The translations under genes were made by a program, and so were the position numbers. The notes beneath the pieces were generated by a model. That model saw nothing but the letters and a program-made list of their open reading frames with translations. It made no database searches and was not told where the DNA came from. This document shows, piece after piece, positions 8,165 through 19,841 of a stretch of 64,000 nucleotides of DNA. Source of the stretch: Pedosphaera sp. (GTDB lineage Bacteria; Verrucomicrobiota; Verrucomicrobiia; Limisphaerales; UBA1100); contig SIAW01000002.1 in assembly GCA_009695465.1 (NCBI GenBank), forward strand, positions 8,332-72,331, written 5' to 3'. The stretch's first letter is position 1. The number at the start of each line of letters is the position of its first letter.

Positions 8165-10068
8165 CAGTTTCGCGCCAGCGCACCGGCGCGACGGCCCGGT
8201 TCCGCAGTCTCGCGTGCGATCAACGCCTGATAGATTTTCTTGGCGATGGGCGCGCAGGTCTTGCCGCCGGAAGCCCCGCTTTCCACCATCACCACCACCG
8301 CGTAGCGCGGGCTTTCACAGGGGCCGTAAGAGATGAACCACGTGACCTTGTCGCGGCTGCCATCCGTGCCTTTGATTTCAGCGGTGCCCGTTTTGCCGCC
8401 AATGGCAAATCCCTCAATCGCCACGGCGCGGCCGGTGCCGCCTTCTTCGTGGACATCCGCCCACATGGCGTGCTGGACGGCGGCCAGGTTTTGCGGCGCA
8501 ACATTAAGCTGACTGCGGATGCGACCGGACGGGTGGGTGATGGTCTGCGCGGCCGCGTCGGGATCGACGGGTGTGATGCGCTCAACGAGTCGCGGCCAAT
8601 ACACCGTGCCTCCATTGGCCACGGTGGCCGTCATCATCGCCATCTGCAATGGCGTGACGCTCAGCCGACCTTGACCGATGGCTAAATTGGCCGTGTCGCC
8701 GTCGTACCAATCGCGGCGAACCGTGTCGTGCGAAGGAAATTGTCCGGCCACTTCTTGCCGGGGCAATAGCCCCGTGCGTTGGCCCAGAAAAAACTGGCTG
8801 CCCATCTCGATGATCCTTTCAATGCCGCATTCCAGAGCATGGTGGATAAAATAGGTGTTGCTCGAGTGCTTGAATGCCTTGGTGAAATCGTAGTCGCCGG
8901 GCGGCGCTGTATCTCGGATTTTCCGCCTGCCCAACTCATAGTAACCGGGACTGTACAGCACTTGGTTGGTCTTGACCACACCGGATTCTAAGGCGGCCAA
9001 TCCGCTGATGATTTTGAAAATGGAGCCGGGCGGATACCGTTCCTGCGTGGCGCGGAAGATCAGCGGTGTGGGATCGGCATCGCGGTAGCTGGCCCAGAGT
9101 TGCGGATCCAGTCGCGGCACAAATTCGTTGGGATCAAACGCCGGGATGGAAGTGATGGCGATGAGGTCGCCATTGCGCGTGTCCACGACCACCGCCGCGC
9201 CCGCCTTGCTGCCGGAATCCTTCAGCGCTTTGTACGCGGCATCCTGAATGGCCAGATCAATGGTGAGGCGCACATGATGTCCGGGCTGCGGCGGCACCAC
9301 GATGTTCTCCGATTGGCGATAGCCCAGGTTGTTCACGAGCATCGAACGCGTGCCCGGCCGCCCGCGCAGTGCCGTGTCCTGCGTGGATTCCAGCCCGATC
9401 TGCCCGACGTAATCAGGCAGGCGATAATTGAACTGCTCATCCTCATCCTCATCGGGAATGTCGCGTCGCAGATGCCCCACCAGATGCGCCGCCGCGATGG
9501 AGGGATAATGGCGCGTGGGCAACGCCTCGATCTCGAAGCCGGGAATCGCGTCGCTGCGTTCCATGAACCGCGCGACGGCTGCGGCGTCCAGGTTTTTAAC
9601 GACGGGCAACGGCAGCGCTCGCAGCTCCGTCAAGTGTTTCTCCAAATCCGCCGGCGTGATGGCCAGCGGCATCCGCAGCCGGGATTGCGCCACAAAATTG
9701 CTGATGACCTGAAAGCGCAGCGCCGTCTGCAGGGACTGGCTTTCCTCGCGGCTGAGCGGGCGCTTGGGACGTTGCCGCCGCCACTCTTTCTGAAAGTGCG
9801 GGCGCAGTTCTTCCAGATACACATTGAGGTTGTACGTGGGGCGATCCTCGGCGAGCACCGCGCCGTGGCGGTCCAGAATTTTCCCGCGCACCGCGGGTTG
9901 GCGCACCGTGCGCAGCGACTGGGTTTTCTGGCTCTCCAGATAACGCTGCGAGGAGACCACCTGCACATACCACAGCGTCGCCAGCAGCAATCCCATTCCC
10001 AGCAACACCGCCACCGTCAGCACGGGCAGACGCGGTTCTTTGCGCAGGGATTGGTGCAGCACTCTCAT
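8164..10068 (-). CDS. mrdA: penicillin-binding protein 2 (elongasome transpeptidase)
   Basis: Start trimmed to MRVLHQSLRKEPRLPVLTVAVLLG (TM anchor). The sequence shows a PBP dimerisation domain and a transpeptidase domain. ATGA overlap with the mreD stop. Confidence 0.9.
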   Translation of the reverse strand: MRVLHQSLRKEPRLPVLTVAVLLGMGLLLATLWYVQVVSSQRYLESQKTQSLRTVRQPAVRGKILDRHGAVLAEDRPTYNLNVYLEELRPHFQKEWRRQRPKRPLSREESQSLQTALRFQVISNFVAQSRLRMPLAITPADLEKHLTELRALPLPVVKNLDAAAVARFMERSDAIPGFEIEALPTRHYPSIAAAHLVGHLRRDIPDEDEDEQFNYRLPDYVGQIGLESTQDTALRGRPGTRSMLVNNLGYRQSENIVVPPQPGHHVRLTIDLAIQDAAYKALKDSGSKAGAAVVVDTRNGDLIAITSIPAFDPNEFVPRLDPQLWASYRDADPTPLIFRATQERYPPGSIFKIISGLAALESGVVKTNQVLYSPGYYELGRRKIRDTAPPGDYDFTKAFKHSSNTYFIHHALECGIERIIEMGSQFFLGQRTGLLPRQEVAGQFPSHDTVRRDWYDGDTANLAIGQGRLSVTPLQMAMMTATVANGGTVYWPRLVERITPVDPDAAAQTITHPSGRIRSQLNVAPQNLAAVQHAMWADVHEEGGTGRAVAIEGFAIGGKTGTAEIKGTDGSRDKVTWFISYGPCESPRYAVVVMVESGASGGKTCAPIAKKIYQALIARETAEPGRRAGALARN

Positions 10069-10625
10069 GGCTCGTCCCCAGAGGCTCGCTCGTGCGCGAA
10101 GCGGTAGCCGCCCTGCACGGCGCGATAGGTGACTGCGCCTTTGGCCCAGTCCAGCAAAGGAAAAAGTGCGAGCGTCAGCAGTCCGCCGCCGACTGCGGTC
10201 ACGAGCCATTGCCACAATGAAAACCAGTTGAGCAACGGTTCATGACCCAGTGTGATCAGCAAAAACAAGACCAGCATCGGCACGAGCGCGCTGGCCGCAG
10301 TGCCGAGCACGAAACGGGCGAACCATTGTTGGCGCACAAAATGGCTGCGGTTCCATACCACCAGCATCCCCGCGAAAAAGAGCGGGGCCATCGCGATGCC
10401 CAGCGGATCGGCAGAAAGCGTGCTCTGCCAAATTGCGCCGAGGATGGCCAAGAGCGTCAGCGTAGTGAGGTTGCTTTGCAGCGCGGTGTAAATCACCAGC
10501 GCGGGCAGGGGATTGATCTGCGCGCCGAGCAGCTCGCGTGGCAGCGTGAAGGTGGATTCGAGGAAGACGCCCACCAGTGCCGCCAGCAGGATGACCAGTG
10601 CATGGAAGTTAAACAGCGTGCTCAT
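10065..10625 (-). CDS. mreD: rod shape-determining protein MreD
   Basis: Small polytopic membrane protein sitting between mreC and mrdA, with overlapping start and stop codons on both sides. Confidence 0.75.
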   Translation of the reverse strand: MSTLFNFHALVILLAALVGVFLESTFTLPRELLGAQINPLPALVIYTALQSNLTTLTLLAILGAIWQSTLSADPLGIAMAPLFFAGMLVVWNRSHFVRQQWFARFVLGTAASALVPMLVLFLLITLGHEPLLNWFSLWQWLVTAVGGGLLTLALFPLLDWAKGAVTYRAVQGGYRFAHERASGDEP

Positions 10626-11455
10626 GGCGTGTTCATCGCGCGTTTGTCCGTGGCCACCATGACCCAGACTTCGAACAGCTTGGAGGCGTCCACCGCCAGC
10701 TTCACGCGCGCGGTCGTCTGCAGCGTGCTCAGATTGCGGTCCACTTCCACGATGGTGCCCACGGGAATATCAGGCGGGAAAATCTCGCCCAAGCCGCTGG
10801 TCACCACGGTGTGTTCCGGTGCCGATTCGGTGTCCGCCGAGAGATGGTGGAGATGGACAATCTTTGGATCGAACGTCGTGAACGGCCCGGCGGTGAGGAT
10901 GCCGTTCTCGCCGGTCTCGCGCACTTTGACGGAGACGCGGCAGGCGGGATCGCCCACGAGGGAGACTTGGGATTGATTCGGGCCGACCTGATACACGCGG
11001 CCCACCAAGCCTGCGGCGACCCACACCGGTTGGTCGGGTTGCAGGCCATCGTTGCTGCCCAGATCAATCGTGATGGCGCGCCACCAATTCGCAGGGTCGC
11101 GGCCGATGACCCGCGCCAGTTTGAGCGGGCTGTTGGGGCGTTGCTTGAGGTTCAGTTGCGCGCGCAGCCGGATGTTTTCAACACCGGCGCCGCGCAGTTG
11201 ATCCACTTGGATGCGCAGGAGTTGGTTGGTGCGCGCCAGTGCGTCCAACTCGCGCAAGAGTGCGGCGCGGGGCAGGGCGTGGTCCACGGCGGTGCCGCTG
11301 AGTTTTTGCAGTCCATGCTGCATGCCAAAAAGCGGAGCGAAGCTGTGGGTGAGCGCGCCTTTGAGCCGGGCGGCCGTGGGCGCGGGCAGGCTCAGCAGGA
11401 TAAGCGAGAGGGCCAGCACAATGCCGGCAGCGAATTGATATGAACGTCGGCGCAT
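10622..11455 (-). CDS. mreC: rod shape-determining protein MreC
   Basis: N-terminal TM segment, a coiled region, then a beta-rich C-terminus. Lies immediately downstream of mreB. Confidence 0.85.
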   Translation of the reverse strand: MRRRSYQFAAGIVLALSLILLSLPAPTAARLKGALTHSFAPLFGMQHGLQKLSGTAVDHALPRAALLRELDALARTNQLLRIQVDQLRGAGVENIRLRAQLNLKQRPNSPLKLARVIGRDPANWWRAITIDLGSNDGLQPDQPVWVAAGLVGRVYQVGPNQSQVSLVGDPACRVSVKVRETGENGILTAGPFTTFDPKIVHLHHLSADTESAPEHTVVTSGLGEIFPPDIPVGTIVEVDRNLSTLQTTARVKLAVDASKLFEVWVMVATDKRAMNTP

Positions 11456-11499
11456 GGCCTCGGTGTCTCCTCCCTGAACGAACGCGGCGAGGTGTTTAA

Positions 11500-12522
11500 C
11501 TAACCTTGACTGGCCACCTTGCGCAGGAAATCAATCTCTTGCAGGGCGCGGCCCGTGCCCATCGCCACCGCCAGCAAAGGCTCATCACAGACCGTCACGG
11601 GCAGGCCCGTCTCCTTGGAGATGAGCCGGTCAATGCCGCGCAGCAACGCGCCGCCGCCGGCCATGACGATGCCGCGATCGTGCAGGTCGCCGGAGAGTTC
11701 CGGCGGGCACTGTTCCAAACAGCGCCGCGTGGCTTCCAGAATGCTGGAGAGCGGCTTGAGCAAGGTCTCGCGGATTTCCTGTGATGTGATGGTCAGTGTT
11801 TTGGGCAGGCCCGCTGCGAGGTCGCGACCTTTGACTTCGTGGGTCAGTTCCTCGTCCAGCGGGAAGGCCGATCCGATGCGTATCTTGATTTCCTCGGCTG
11901 TGCGTTCGCCGATCAGCAAATTGTGTTCGCGTTTCAGGTGTTGAATGATGGTCTCATCAAATTGATCGCCACCGACGCGCAGGCTGGTGCGCTCCACGAT
12001 GCCGGCGAGGGAGATGATGGCGATCTGGCACGTGCCGCCACCGATATCAATGATCATGTTGCCGGCGGGTTCTTCCACGGGCAGTCCTGCACCGATTGCC
12101 GCGGCCATCGGTTGTTGGATGAGATACACCTCGCGCGCACCGGCGTGGGTGATGGAATCGGTCACAGCGCGGCGCTCGACTTCGTTGATGCCCGAAGGCA
12201 CGGCGACCACCACGCGCGGCTGCACGATTTTGTTGTTGTGAACTTTTTGGATGAAGAACCGCAGCATCGCCTCGGTGATTTCAAAGTCCGCGATGACGCC
12301 CTCTTTCATCGGCCGAATGGCGGTGATGTTGTGCGGGGTGCGGCCGAGCATCTTCTTGGCTTCCATGCCCACGGCCAGCACATTTTTGGTGTTGGTTTGG
12401 ACGGCCACCACAGAGGGTTCGCGCAGTACGATGCCCTGGTCTTTGAGATAGACGAGGGTGTTGGCGGTGCCCAGATCGATGCCGATGTCGTTGGAAAAAA
12501 GTCCCTTTAGCTTGTTGAGCAT
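11500..12522 (-). CDS. mreB: rod shape-determining protein MreB
   Basis: MLNKLKGLFSNDIGIDLGTANTLVYLK... matches the canonical MreB N-terminus. An alternative ATG lies 9 nt upstream at 12531. Confidence 0.95.
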   Translation of the reverse strand: MLNKLKGLFSNDIGIDLGTANTLVYLKDQGIVLREPSVVAVQTNTKNVLAVGMEAKKMLGRTPHNITAIRPMKEGVIADFEITEAMLRFFIQKVHNNKIVQPRVVVAVPSGINEVERRAVTDSITHAGAREVYLIQQPMAAAIGAGLPVEEPAGNMIIDIGGGTCQIAIISLAGIVERTSLRVGGDQFDETIIQHLKREHNLLIGERTAEEIKIRIGSAFPLDEELTHEVKGRDLAAGLPKTLTITSQEIRETLLKPLSSILEATRRCLEQCPPELSGDLHDRGIVMAGGGALLRGIDRLISKETGLPVTVCDEPLLAVAMGTGRALQEIDFLRKVASQG

Positions 12523-12643
12523 GTTGCGCATGTTGCGGGCGTCGCACTTGGTGGACGCTGCGGGGGACGATACCGGCGGGAATTCAGGGGGGCAAAAGAA
12601 AGTTATTCAACCCCGCCCAAGACTTGCGCGCAGCCTGCTTAAA

Positions 12644-12718
<75 letters not shown>

Positions 12719-12728
12719 GAGGCCGCGG

Positions 12729-12757
12729 ATAGTGTGCGTCGTCTAGGGAGCTGTCAA
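12729..12757 (-). promoter_or_regulatory. candidate sigma70-type promoter for tRNA-CAU
   Basis: On the minus strand: TTGACA-N17-CACTAT. The predicted transcription start is only about 4 nt upstream of the mature tRNA 5' end. Confidence 0.3.
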
Positions 12758-12861
12758 ATCGAATGATATCCGCATGAGAAAACCGACCCCAAAACTTTCT
12801 GAAAATCTTCTGCTTTACAAACCACGGCGATCGGCTACTTTCGGCGGCTGTTAAATTACAA

Positions 12862-13122
12862 ATGGACGCAGGCAGAAAAGTGGAGTCGATAAAGTTGGTT
12901 CGGCGGCATGAGCACGACACCGGTTCAACCGAAGTGCAGGTTGCCTTACTTTCCTCGCGCATCAAGCATCTGGAAAAACACCTGACCGCAAACACCAAGG
13001 ATCACAGCACCCGCCGTGGTCTTATCAAGATGGTCAGCTATCGCAAGCGGTTGCTGAAGTACCTGCATCGCGAAGATGCGGGCCGCTTCGTCACGCTCAA
13101 GAAGCAGCTCGAGCTGCGGTAG
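12862..13122 (+). CDS. rpsO: 30S ribosomal protein S15
   Basis: HEHDTGSTEVQVALLSSRIKHLEKHL..HSTRRGLIKMVSYRKRLLKYL is a canonical S15 sequence. A TTTACA-N16-TACTTT promoter-like element lies about 50 nt upstream. Confidence 0.95.
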   Translation: MDAGRKVESIKLVRRHEHDTGSTEVQVALLSSRIKHLEKHLTANTKDHSTRRGLIKMVSYRKRLLKYLHREDAGRFVTLKKQLELR

Positions 13123-13126
13123 TCTG

Positions 13127-13147
13127 GGCGCGTACGCGCCACTTTTC
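13127..13147 (+). terminator. weak intrinsic terminator/attenuator after rpsO
   Basis: GGCGC-GTAC-GCGCC hairpin followed by ACTTTTCC, 5 nt after the rpsO stop. Confidence 0.35.
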
Positions 13148-13153
13148 CTGCAG

Positions 13154-13183
13154 GCCACCACCGGCGACGCGACCGGTGGCGGC
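13154..13183 (+). promoter_or_regulatory. stem-loop in the pnp 5' leader
   Basis: GCCACCACCGG-(8 nt loop)-CCGGTGGCGGC pairs over 10 bp with one mismatch. Its position is analogous to the processed hairpin in the rpsO-pnp leader of E. coli. Confidence 0.35.
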
Positions 13184-13295
13184 ACTTCCAACTCAACTCG
13201 CGCAAACAACAACTGGCGCCGGCAGGGGTAATTTCGACCAGCATCCAACCTGATGGGTGTTGACTGAAGTTCCTCCGTGCCGGCCAAAAAATAAC

Positions 13296-15437
13296 ATGGC
13301 ACATCGAGTAACCGCCCAGGTGGGCGACAAGCAGATCATCATCGAAACCGGAAAACTCGCCAAGCAGGCTGACGGCTCCGTCACCGTGCAGATTGGCGAT
13401 ACCATTGTATTGGTGGCCGCCGTCGCCGCCACCAAGGCGAAGGCAGGACAGGAATTCTTCCCGTTGACGGTGGATTACCGCGAGCGTTCCGCTGCGGCAG
13501 GCAAAATTCCCGGCAACTATTTCCGCCGCGAAGGTCGCCCCAGCGAAAAGGAAATCCTGACGTGTCGCCTCACCGACCGTCCCATCCGGCCGCTCTTCCC
13601 CAAGAACTGGTTCAACGAAGTGCAGGTGCAGACCATGCTGTTGAGCGCCGATGGCGAGAACGACGCGGACATCATCAGCATCCTCGGCGCCTCCGCTGCG
13701 CTGATGGTCAGCGATATTCCGTGGGCTGGCCCGTTGGGTGCCGTTCGCGTGGGTCGCGTGAACGGTAAGTTCGTCGCCAATCCCACGCACGCAGAACAGG
13801 CGTTGAGCGATTTGGATTTGGTCTATGTCGGCAACGAGCACGACGTGGTGATGTTCGAAGGCTGCGCCAAAGAGATCAGCGAGGCGGACTTCAACGAGGC
13901 GCTGCGGTTCGGTCAGGATTGCTGCGCGCCGCTCATCGCTGCGCAAAATGAACTGGCCAGCAAAGCGGCCAAGCCCAAGCGCGCCATCAAAGTGGCGGAG
14001 GTGCCCGACGAGATTTTTGCCGAGGCTGAAAGTCTGGCGAAGGACGCGATGGTTCCGGCCCTGCTCACGCACGGCAAGTTGGACCGCGAAGGCAAGGTCA
14101 ACGCCATCAAGGAAAACATCAAAGAGAAGTTGACCGCCAAGTTTGGTGCGGAGGCCGTCACGGCCAGCGTGCTCGATCAGGCTTTTTATCACATCCAGAA
14201 AGAGGCCGTGCGCAGCTTGGTGTTGGACAGCGGCAAGCGGCTGGACGGTCGCGCGATGGATGTGGTGCGCCCCATCATCTGCGAAGTGGGTCTCATCCCG
14301 CGCGCACACGGTTCGGCACTGTTCTCGCGCGGCGAGACGCAGGCGCTGGTGTTGACGACGCTGGGCACGACCGATGACGCGCAGCGGTTCGACGCGTACA
14401 CGGGCGGGCCTTCCAGCAAGAAATTCCTGTTGCACTACAACTTCCCCAACTTCTCCGTGGGCGAAACCGGCCGCATCTCAGGCCCCGGTCGCCGCGAGAT
14501 TGGCCACGGCGCATTGGCGGAGCGTTCGCTCCTGCAGGCGTTGCCGATGGAGACCTATCCCTACGCGGTGCGACTGACCAGCGAGATTCTGGAATCCAAC
14601 GGTTCCAGCTCCATGGCCAGCGTGTGTGCGGGCAGTCTGGCGTTGATGGATGCGGGCGTGCCCGTCTCCAGCGCTGTTGCCGGCATCAGCGTGGGCATCT
14701 GCACTGAGCACGATGCGAAGGGCAATCTCTCCCGCTACAAGCTGCTCACCGACATCATCGGATGGGAAGATGGCTTCTGCGACATGGACTGCAAAATCGC
14801 GGGCACGGTGAAAGGCATCACGGGTTTTCAGCTCGATCTGAAACTCAAAGGCATCTCGCACTCCGTGATGGCCGAGACGCTGACTGCGGCGCACAAAGCG
14901 CGTCTGCAAATCCTCGAGACGATGAACGCGTGCATCGCTGCACCGCGCGCGGAGATGAGCCAGTACGCGCCGCGCATCAAGCAACTCAAGATCAATCCGG
15001 AAAAGATCGGCGCGGTCATCGGGCCGGGCGGCAAGAATATCAAACGCATCGTCGAAGAGTCCGGTTGCGAGATCAACATCGAGGACGACGGCACGGTCAA
15101 CATCTACTCGCTCTCGGCCGAGGGCATGCAGGTGGCCATCGATGCCATCACGGGCATCACTGCCGAGGTCGAGGTGGGCAGAATCTACAAAGGCAAGGTC
15201 GTCACGATCAAGGAATTCGGCTGCTTCGTGGAGTTCCTGCCCGGTCAGGACGGACTGTGCCACATCAGCGAGCTGGCGAATTTCCGCGTCAAGAATACCG
15301 AGGACATCGTCAAGATGGGCGATGATATCTGGGTGAAATGCTTGGGCGTGGATGAACGCGGCAAGATCCGGCTCTCGCGCAAAGCGGCGATGGCCGATCG
15401 CGAGGCTGAGGTGAAGCAAGAGCCTGCGCAGTCGTAG
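13296..15437 (+). CDS. pnp: polyribonucleotide nucleotidyltransferase (PNPase)
   Basis: Start trimmed to [29 protein letters not shown]. Two RNase PH domains plus KH and S1 domains are recognisable. Confidence 0.95.
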   Translation: MAHRVTAQVGDKQIIIETGKLAKQADGSVTVQIGDTIVLVAAVAATKAKAGQEFFPLTVDYRERSAAAGKIPGNYFRREGRPSEKEILTCRLTDRPIRPLFPKNWFNEVQVQTMLLSADGENDADIISILGASAALMVSDIPWAGPLGAVRVGRVNGKFVANPTHAEQALSDLDLVYVGNEHDVVMFEGCAKEISEADFNEALRFGQDCCAPLIAAQNELASKAAKPKRAIKVAEVPDEIFAEAESLAKDAMVPALLTHGKLDREGKVNAIKENIKEKLTAKFGAEAVTASVLDQAFYHIQKEAVRSLVLDSGKRLDGRAMDVVRPIICEVGLIPRAHGSALFSRGETQALVLTTLGTTDDAQRFDAYTGGPSSKKFLLHYNFPNFSVGETGRISGPGRREIGHGALAERSLLQALPMETYPYAVRLTSEILESNGSSSMASVCAGSLALMDAGVPVSSAVAGISVGICTEHDAKGNLSRYKLLTDIIGWEDGFCDMDCKIAGTVKGITGFQLDLKLKGISHSVMAETLTAAHKARLQILETMNACIAAPRAEMSQYAPRIKQLKINPEKIGAVIGPGGKNIKRIVEESGCEINIEDDGTVNIYSLSAEGMQVAIDAITGITAEVEVGRIYKGKVVTIKEFGCFVEFLPGQDGLCHISELANFRVKNTEDIVKMGDDIWVKCLGVDERGKIRLSRKAAMADREAEVKQEPAQS

Positions 15438-15480
15438 GGCGCGCTTGCCCTGAGCGGGGGCATGCGGTTATATCGCGGCG

Positions 15481-16836
15481 GTGCTGAACCAGCAAACACT
15501 CCGAGGGCCGGCACGATTTTCCGGTGTTGGACTGCACAGCGGCAATCCGGTCAGCATGACCATTTTGCCCGCTGCGCCCAACACGGGCGTGCGGTTCCGT
15601 CGTGTGGACTTGGACGGCAAGCCGGAGATTGAGGCTGTCGTTGATTACGTCAGCGACACCAATCGCTCCACCACCATTGCCAAGGGGAACACGAAGGTTC
15701 ACACGGTGGAACATGTCTTGGCCGCACTCTCCGGATGCGGCGTGGACAACGCCATCGTGGAGTTGGACGCCAACGAACCGCCCATCGCCGACGGCAGTTC
15801 GCTGGCCTTCTGCCGCATCATTGACGAGGCGGGCACCGTTCTGCAGAGCGAACCACGTGAGCCGTACCAGCTTGTCGCGCCCATTGAACTGAGCCACGGC
15901 GAAACCCAGTTCGCGGTCTTCCCGCATGACCGGCTGAAAATCACCTGCACCAGCGCCGATCAAAACGGGCGCTACACGCAGTACTTCAGCCTGGAACTTT
16001 CGCCCGAGTCCTGGCGCGCGGAATTGTCGCGGGCGCGCACGTTCTGTTTCTACGAAGAGATTGAGCATCTCTACAAGGCCGGCCTCATCAAGGGCGGCAG
16101 TCTGGAAAGCGCCGTTGTCATTCGCGACGATGCGGTGTTGACCAATGAGCCGCTGCGTTACCCCAACGAATTTGTCCGGCACAAAATTCTGGACATGGTG
16201 GGCGACCTCTCGCTGTTGGGCCGGCCGCTGCACGCGCACATCGTCGCCGTGCGGCCAAGTCACGGTGCCAACTGCGAATTGGTGCGTCGCATTCTCGCGC
16301 AGATCCGGCGACCCAAAGAAACCGCGCAGACCTTCGCCCCGCCGCCTCAACCCAAAGCGACTGCCACCGTGCCCACTGGAACTCTCATTGAAGATGGCGC
16401 GGCGCTGGACGTGGTGCAGGTGATGAACATTCTGCCGCATCGCCCGCCCATCCTCATGGTGGATAAAGTCACGAAGATTGACGGGAACAAAATCACCGCC
16501 ATCAAGAGTGTCAGCATCAACGAGCCGTACTTCGCGGGCCATTTCCCCGGCCATCCCATCATGCCGGGCGTGCTGCAACTGGAAGCCATCGCGCAAGTGG
16601 CGGGCATCCTGATGCTCAAGCAGGCGGAAAATTTCGGCAAGCTCGCCTACTTCATGGCCGCTGATGAAGTGAAGTGGCGCAAGCCCGTGCATCCAGGCGA
16701 CGTGCTGACGGTGGAAGTGGAGCTGATGAAAGTGCGCGGCAAAGTCGGCAAAGCCAAAGGTGTTTGTCTGGTCGCCGGTGAGCCGGTGAGCGAAGCGCTC
16801 GTGACCTTCATGCTTTTCTCGCCGGGCGAACGATGA
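15481..16836 (+). CDS. lpxC/fabZ: bifunctional UDP-3-O-acyl-GlcNAc deacetylase / 3-hydroxyacyl-ACP dehydratase (LpxC-FabZ fusion)
   Basis: The N-terminal half is LpxC-like ([22 protein letters not shown]..). The C-terminal half is FabZ-like ([33 protein letters not shown]). GTG start. Confidence 0.9.
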   Translation: MLNQQTLRGPARFSGVGLHSGNPVSMTILPAAPNTGVRFRRVDLDGKPEIEAVVDYVSDTNRSTTIAKGNTKVHTVEHVLAALSGCGVDNAIVELDANEPPIADGSSLAFCRIIDEAGTVLQSEPREPYQLVAPIELSHGETQFAVFPHDRLKITCTSADQNGRYTQYFSLELSPESWRAELSRARTFCFYEEIEHLYKAGLIKGGSLESAVVIRDDAVLTNEPLRYPNEFVRHKILDMVGDLSLLGRPLHAHIVAVRPSHGANCELVRRILAQIRRPKETAQTFAPPPQPKATATVPTGTLIEDGAALDVVQVMNILPHRPPILMVDKVTKIDGNKITAIKSVSINEPYFAGHFPGHPIMPGVLQLEAIAQVAGILMLKQAENFGKLAYFMAADEVKWRKPVHPGDVLTVEVELMKVRGKVGKAKGVCLVAGEPVSEALVTFMLFSPGER

Positions 16837-17609
16837 GCGGGAGCATCCACCCCACGGCGATTGTTGACCGGGCGGCGCAGGTGGGTGCCGATTGCGAGAT
16901 TGGCCCGTACTGCATCATCGGCGCGCACGTGATATTGGGACGCGGCTGCCGGTTGCATTCGCATGTGGTCATTGATGGGCACACCACGCTCGGCGAGGCC
17001 AACGAGATTTATCCTTTCGCCTGCATCGGTCTCAAGACGCAGGACTTGAAATGGAGCGGAGGACACAGCGCCACGCGCATCGGCGAGCACAACACCTTCC
17101 GCGAATACGTCACGGTACACAGCGCCACGGCGGATGGTGACGTGACGGTGATTGGCTCGCACAATAATTTTCTCGCGTACACCCACATGGCGCACGACGT
17201 GCAACTGGGCAGCCACATTATCATGTCCAACGTCGCCACACTGGCCGGCCATGTGGTGGTGGAGGATCACGCCATCATTGGTGGACTGGCGGCGGTGCAC
17301 CAATTCTGTCGCGTGGGCAAGATGGCGATCATCGGCGGCTGCTCCAAAGTGGTGCAGGACGTGGCGCCATTCATGATGGCCGATGGCAATCCTGCGGAGA
17401 CACGTGCGCTCAACAAGGTGGGCTTGGAGCGCAACGGCGTGAGTGAAGAATCACAGAACGCACTCAAGCAGGCGCACCGGATTCTTTTCCGCGACACGAT
17501 GCTCACGAGCAAGGCGCTGGAGAAGATCGAGGCGGAATTGCCGGCCTCGGCAGAGTTGCAGCATCTCGTGCAGTTTGTCCGCGCCAGTCAACGCGGCATC
17601 TGCAAGTAG
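16833..17609 (+). CDS. lpxA: acyl-ACP--UDP-N-acetylglucosamine O-acyltransferase
   Basis: [18 protein letters not shown].. with hexapeptide repeats. ATGA overlap with the lpxC/fabZ stop. Confidence 0.9.
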   Translation: MSGSIHPTAIVDRAAQVGADCEIGPYCIIGAHVILGRGCRLHSHVVIDGHTTLGEANEIYPFACIGLKTQDLKWSGGHSATRIGEHNTFREYVTVHSATADGDVTVIGSHNNFLAYTHMAHDVQLGSHIIMSNVATLAGHVVVEDHAIIGGLAAVHQFCRVGKMAIIGGCSKVVQDVAPFMMADGNPAETRALNKVGLERNGVSEESQNALKQAHRILFRDTMLTSKALEKIEAELPASAELQHLVQFVRASQRGICK

Positions 17610-17621
17610 TCTTCAGTTGAT

Positions 17622-18422
17622 TCAGATGGCGACCACTTGCCGTTGCCGATTGGAAAACCGGCAGCAGTGCGTGTAGCCGACGTCGCGCGCGAGGGCAATG
17701 GCCTCCGCGAAATTCAATCCCACCTCCGCTGGCGCATGCGCGTCGGAACCAAACGTGATGGCGACACCCGCGCTGTGCGCCAAGTCCAGCAACGTGCGGC
17801 TGGGATAAATCTCCGCGCAATCTTTGCGCAGCCCCGCAGTGTTCAGTTCGATGGCGGTGTTGCTTTTCGCTGCGGCTTCAAGGAAGGGGCGGTAGAGCGG
17901 CGCACAGTCTTGCTGCGGGCGGATGCCAAATTTCTTGGGCAGATCAGCGTGGCCAATGATGTCGAAGAGGCCGGAGCTGGCGGCGGCGGTCAGGCGGTCG
18001 AAGTAGAGTGACCAGATTTCAAACGGGTCGCGTCCTTTCCAATCTGCGAGACGCGAAGGATCATCCACCGCCCACGTGTCGGAGACGTAATGGACGGAGC
18101 CGATGAAATAATCCCAGCGATGCCGCGCGGCCATTGTGCGGATCCAATCTTCGTGTCCGGGAAGATAGTCCACTTCCAATCCCAACTTGATGGACAGCGC
18201 GGGATGATCGCGGCGCGCACGTTGGACTTTCTCGACGTACTCATCGAGTTCAGCGGCGCGCATGCGCCAGTTGTCGAAGTCATCTGCGGCCATCGGTGAA
18301 TGATCGGAGAAACCGATCTCATCCAGCCCGACCGCCACGGCGCGCGCGGCGTATTCGGTAGGCTCGCCTTTGGCGTGCCGGCAGAGCGGCGTGTGCATGT
18401 GATAATCGGCGGGCAACCCCAT
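17622..18422 (-). CDS. PHP-family histidinol-phosphatase (HisJ/HisK type)
   Basis: DYHMHTPLCRHAKG..EIGFSDHSP..GSVHYV.. matches the PHP metal-binding motifs. Confidence 0.7.
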   Translation of the reverse strand: MGLPADYHMHTPLCRHAKGEPTEYAARAVAVGLDEIGFSDHSPMAADDFDNWRMRAAELDEYVEKVQRARRDHPALSIKLGLEVDYLPGHEDWIRTMAARHRWDYFIGSVHYVSDTWAVDDPSRLADWKGRDPFEIWSLYFDRLTAAASSGLFDIIGHADLPKKFGIRPQQDCAPLYRPFLEAAAKSNTAIELNTAGLRKDCAEIYPSRTLLDLAHSAGVAITFGSDAHAPAEVGLNFAEAIALARDVGYTHCCRFSNRQRQVVAI

Positions 18423-18466
18423 GGCCGAGTTTAAGCTTCAGACCGCCGCCGAGGAAAGGGTTTTGA

Positions 18467-19830
<1,364 letters not shown>

Positions 19831-19841
19831 AGCTGCCCCGC

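Noticed and set aside
13038-14435. Other long antisense ORFs of 400-510 aa: 13038-14435, 15310-16692, 18319-19860, 23723-25105, 28187-29701, 35092-36468, 40036-41235, 45348-46706 and 51311-52714.
   Set aside because: Each lies opposite a gene with unmistakable conserved motifs (pnp, lpxC/fabZ, purA, rseP/ispG, HIT/HK, the kinase-like and amidohydrolase genes, lysS, the DUF2064 and oxidoreductase genes, lepB). Each shows shadow-ORF composition. I saw no evidence for genuine overlapping genes.
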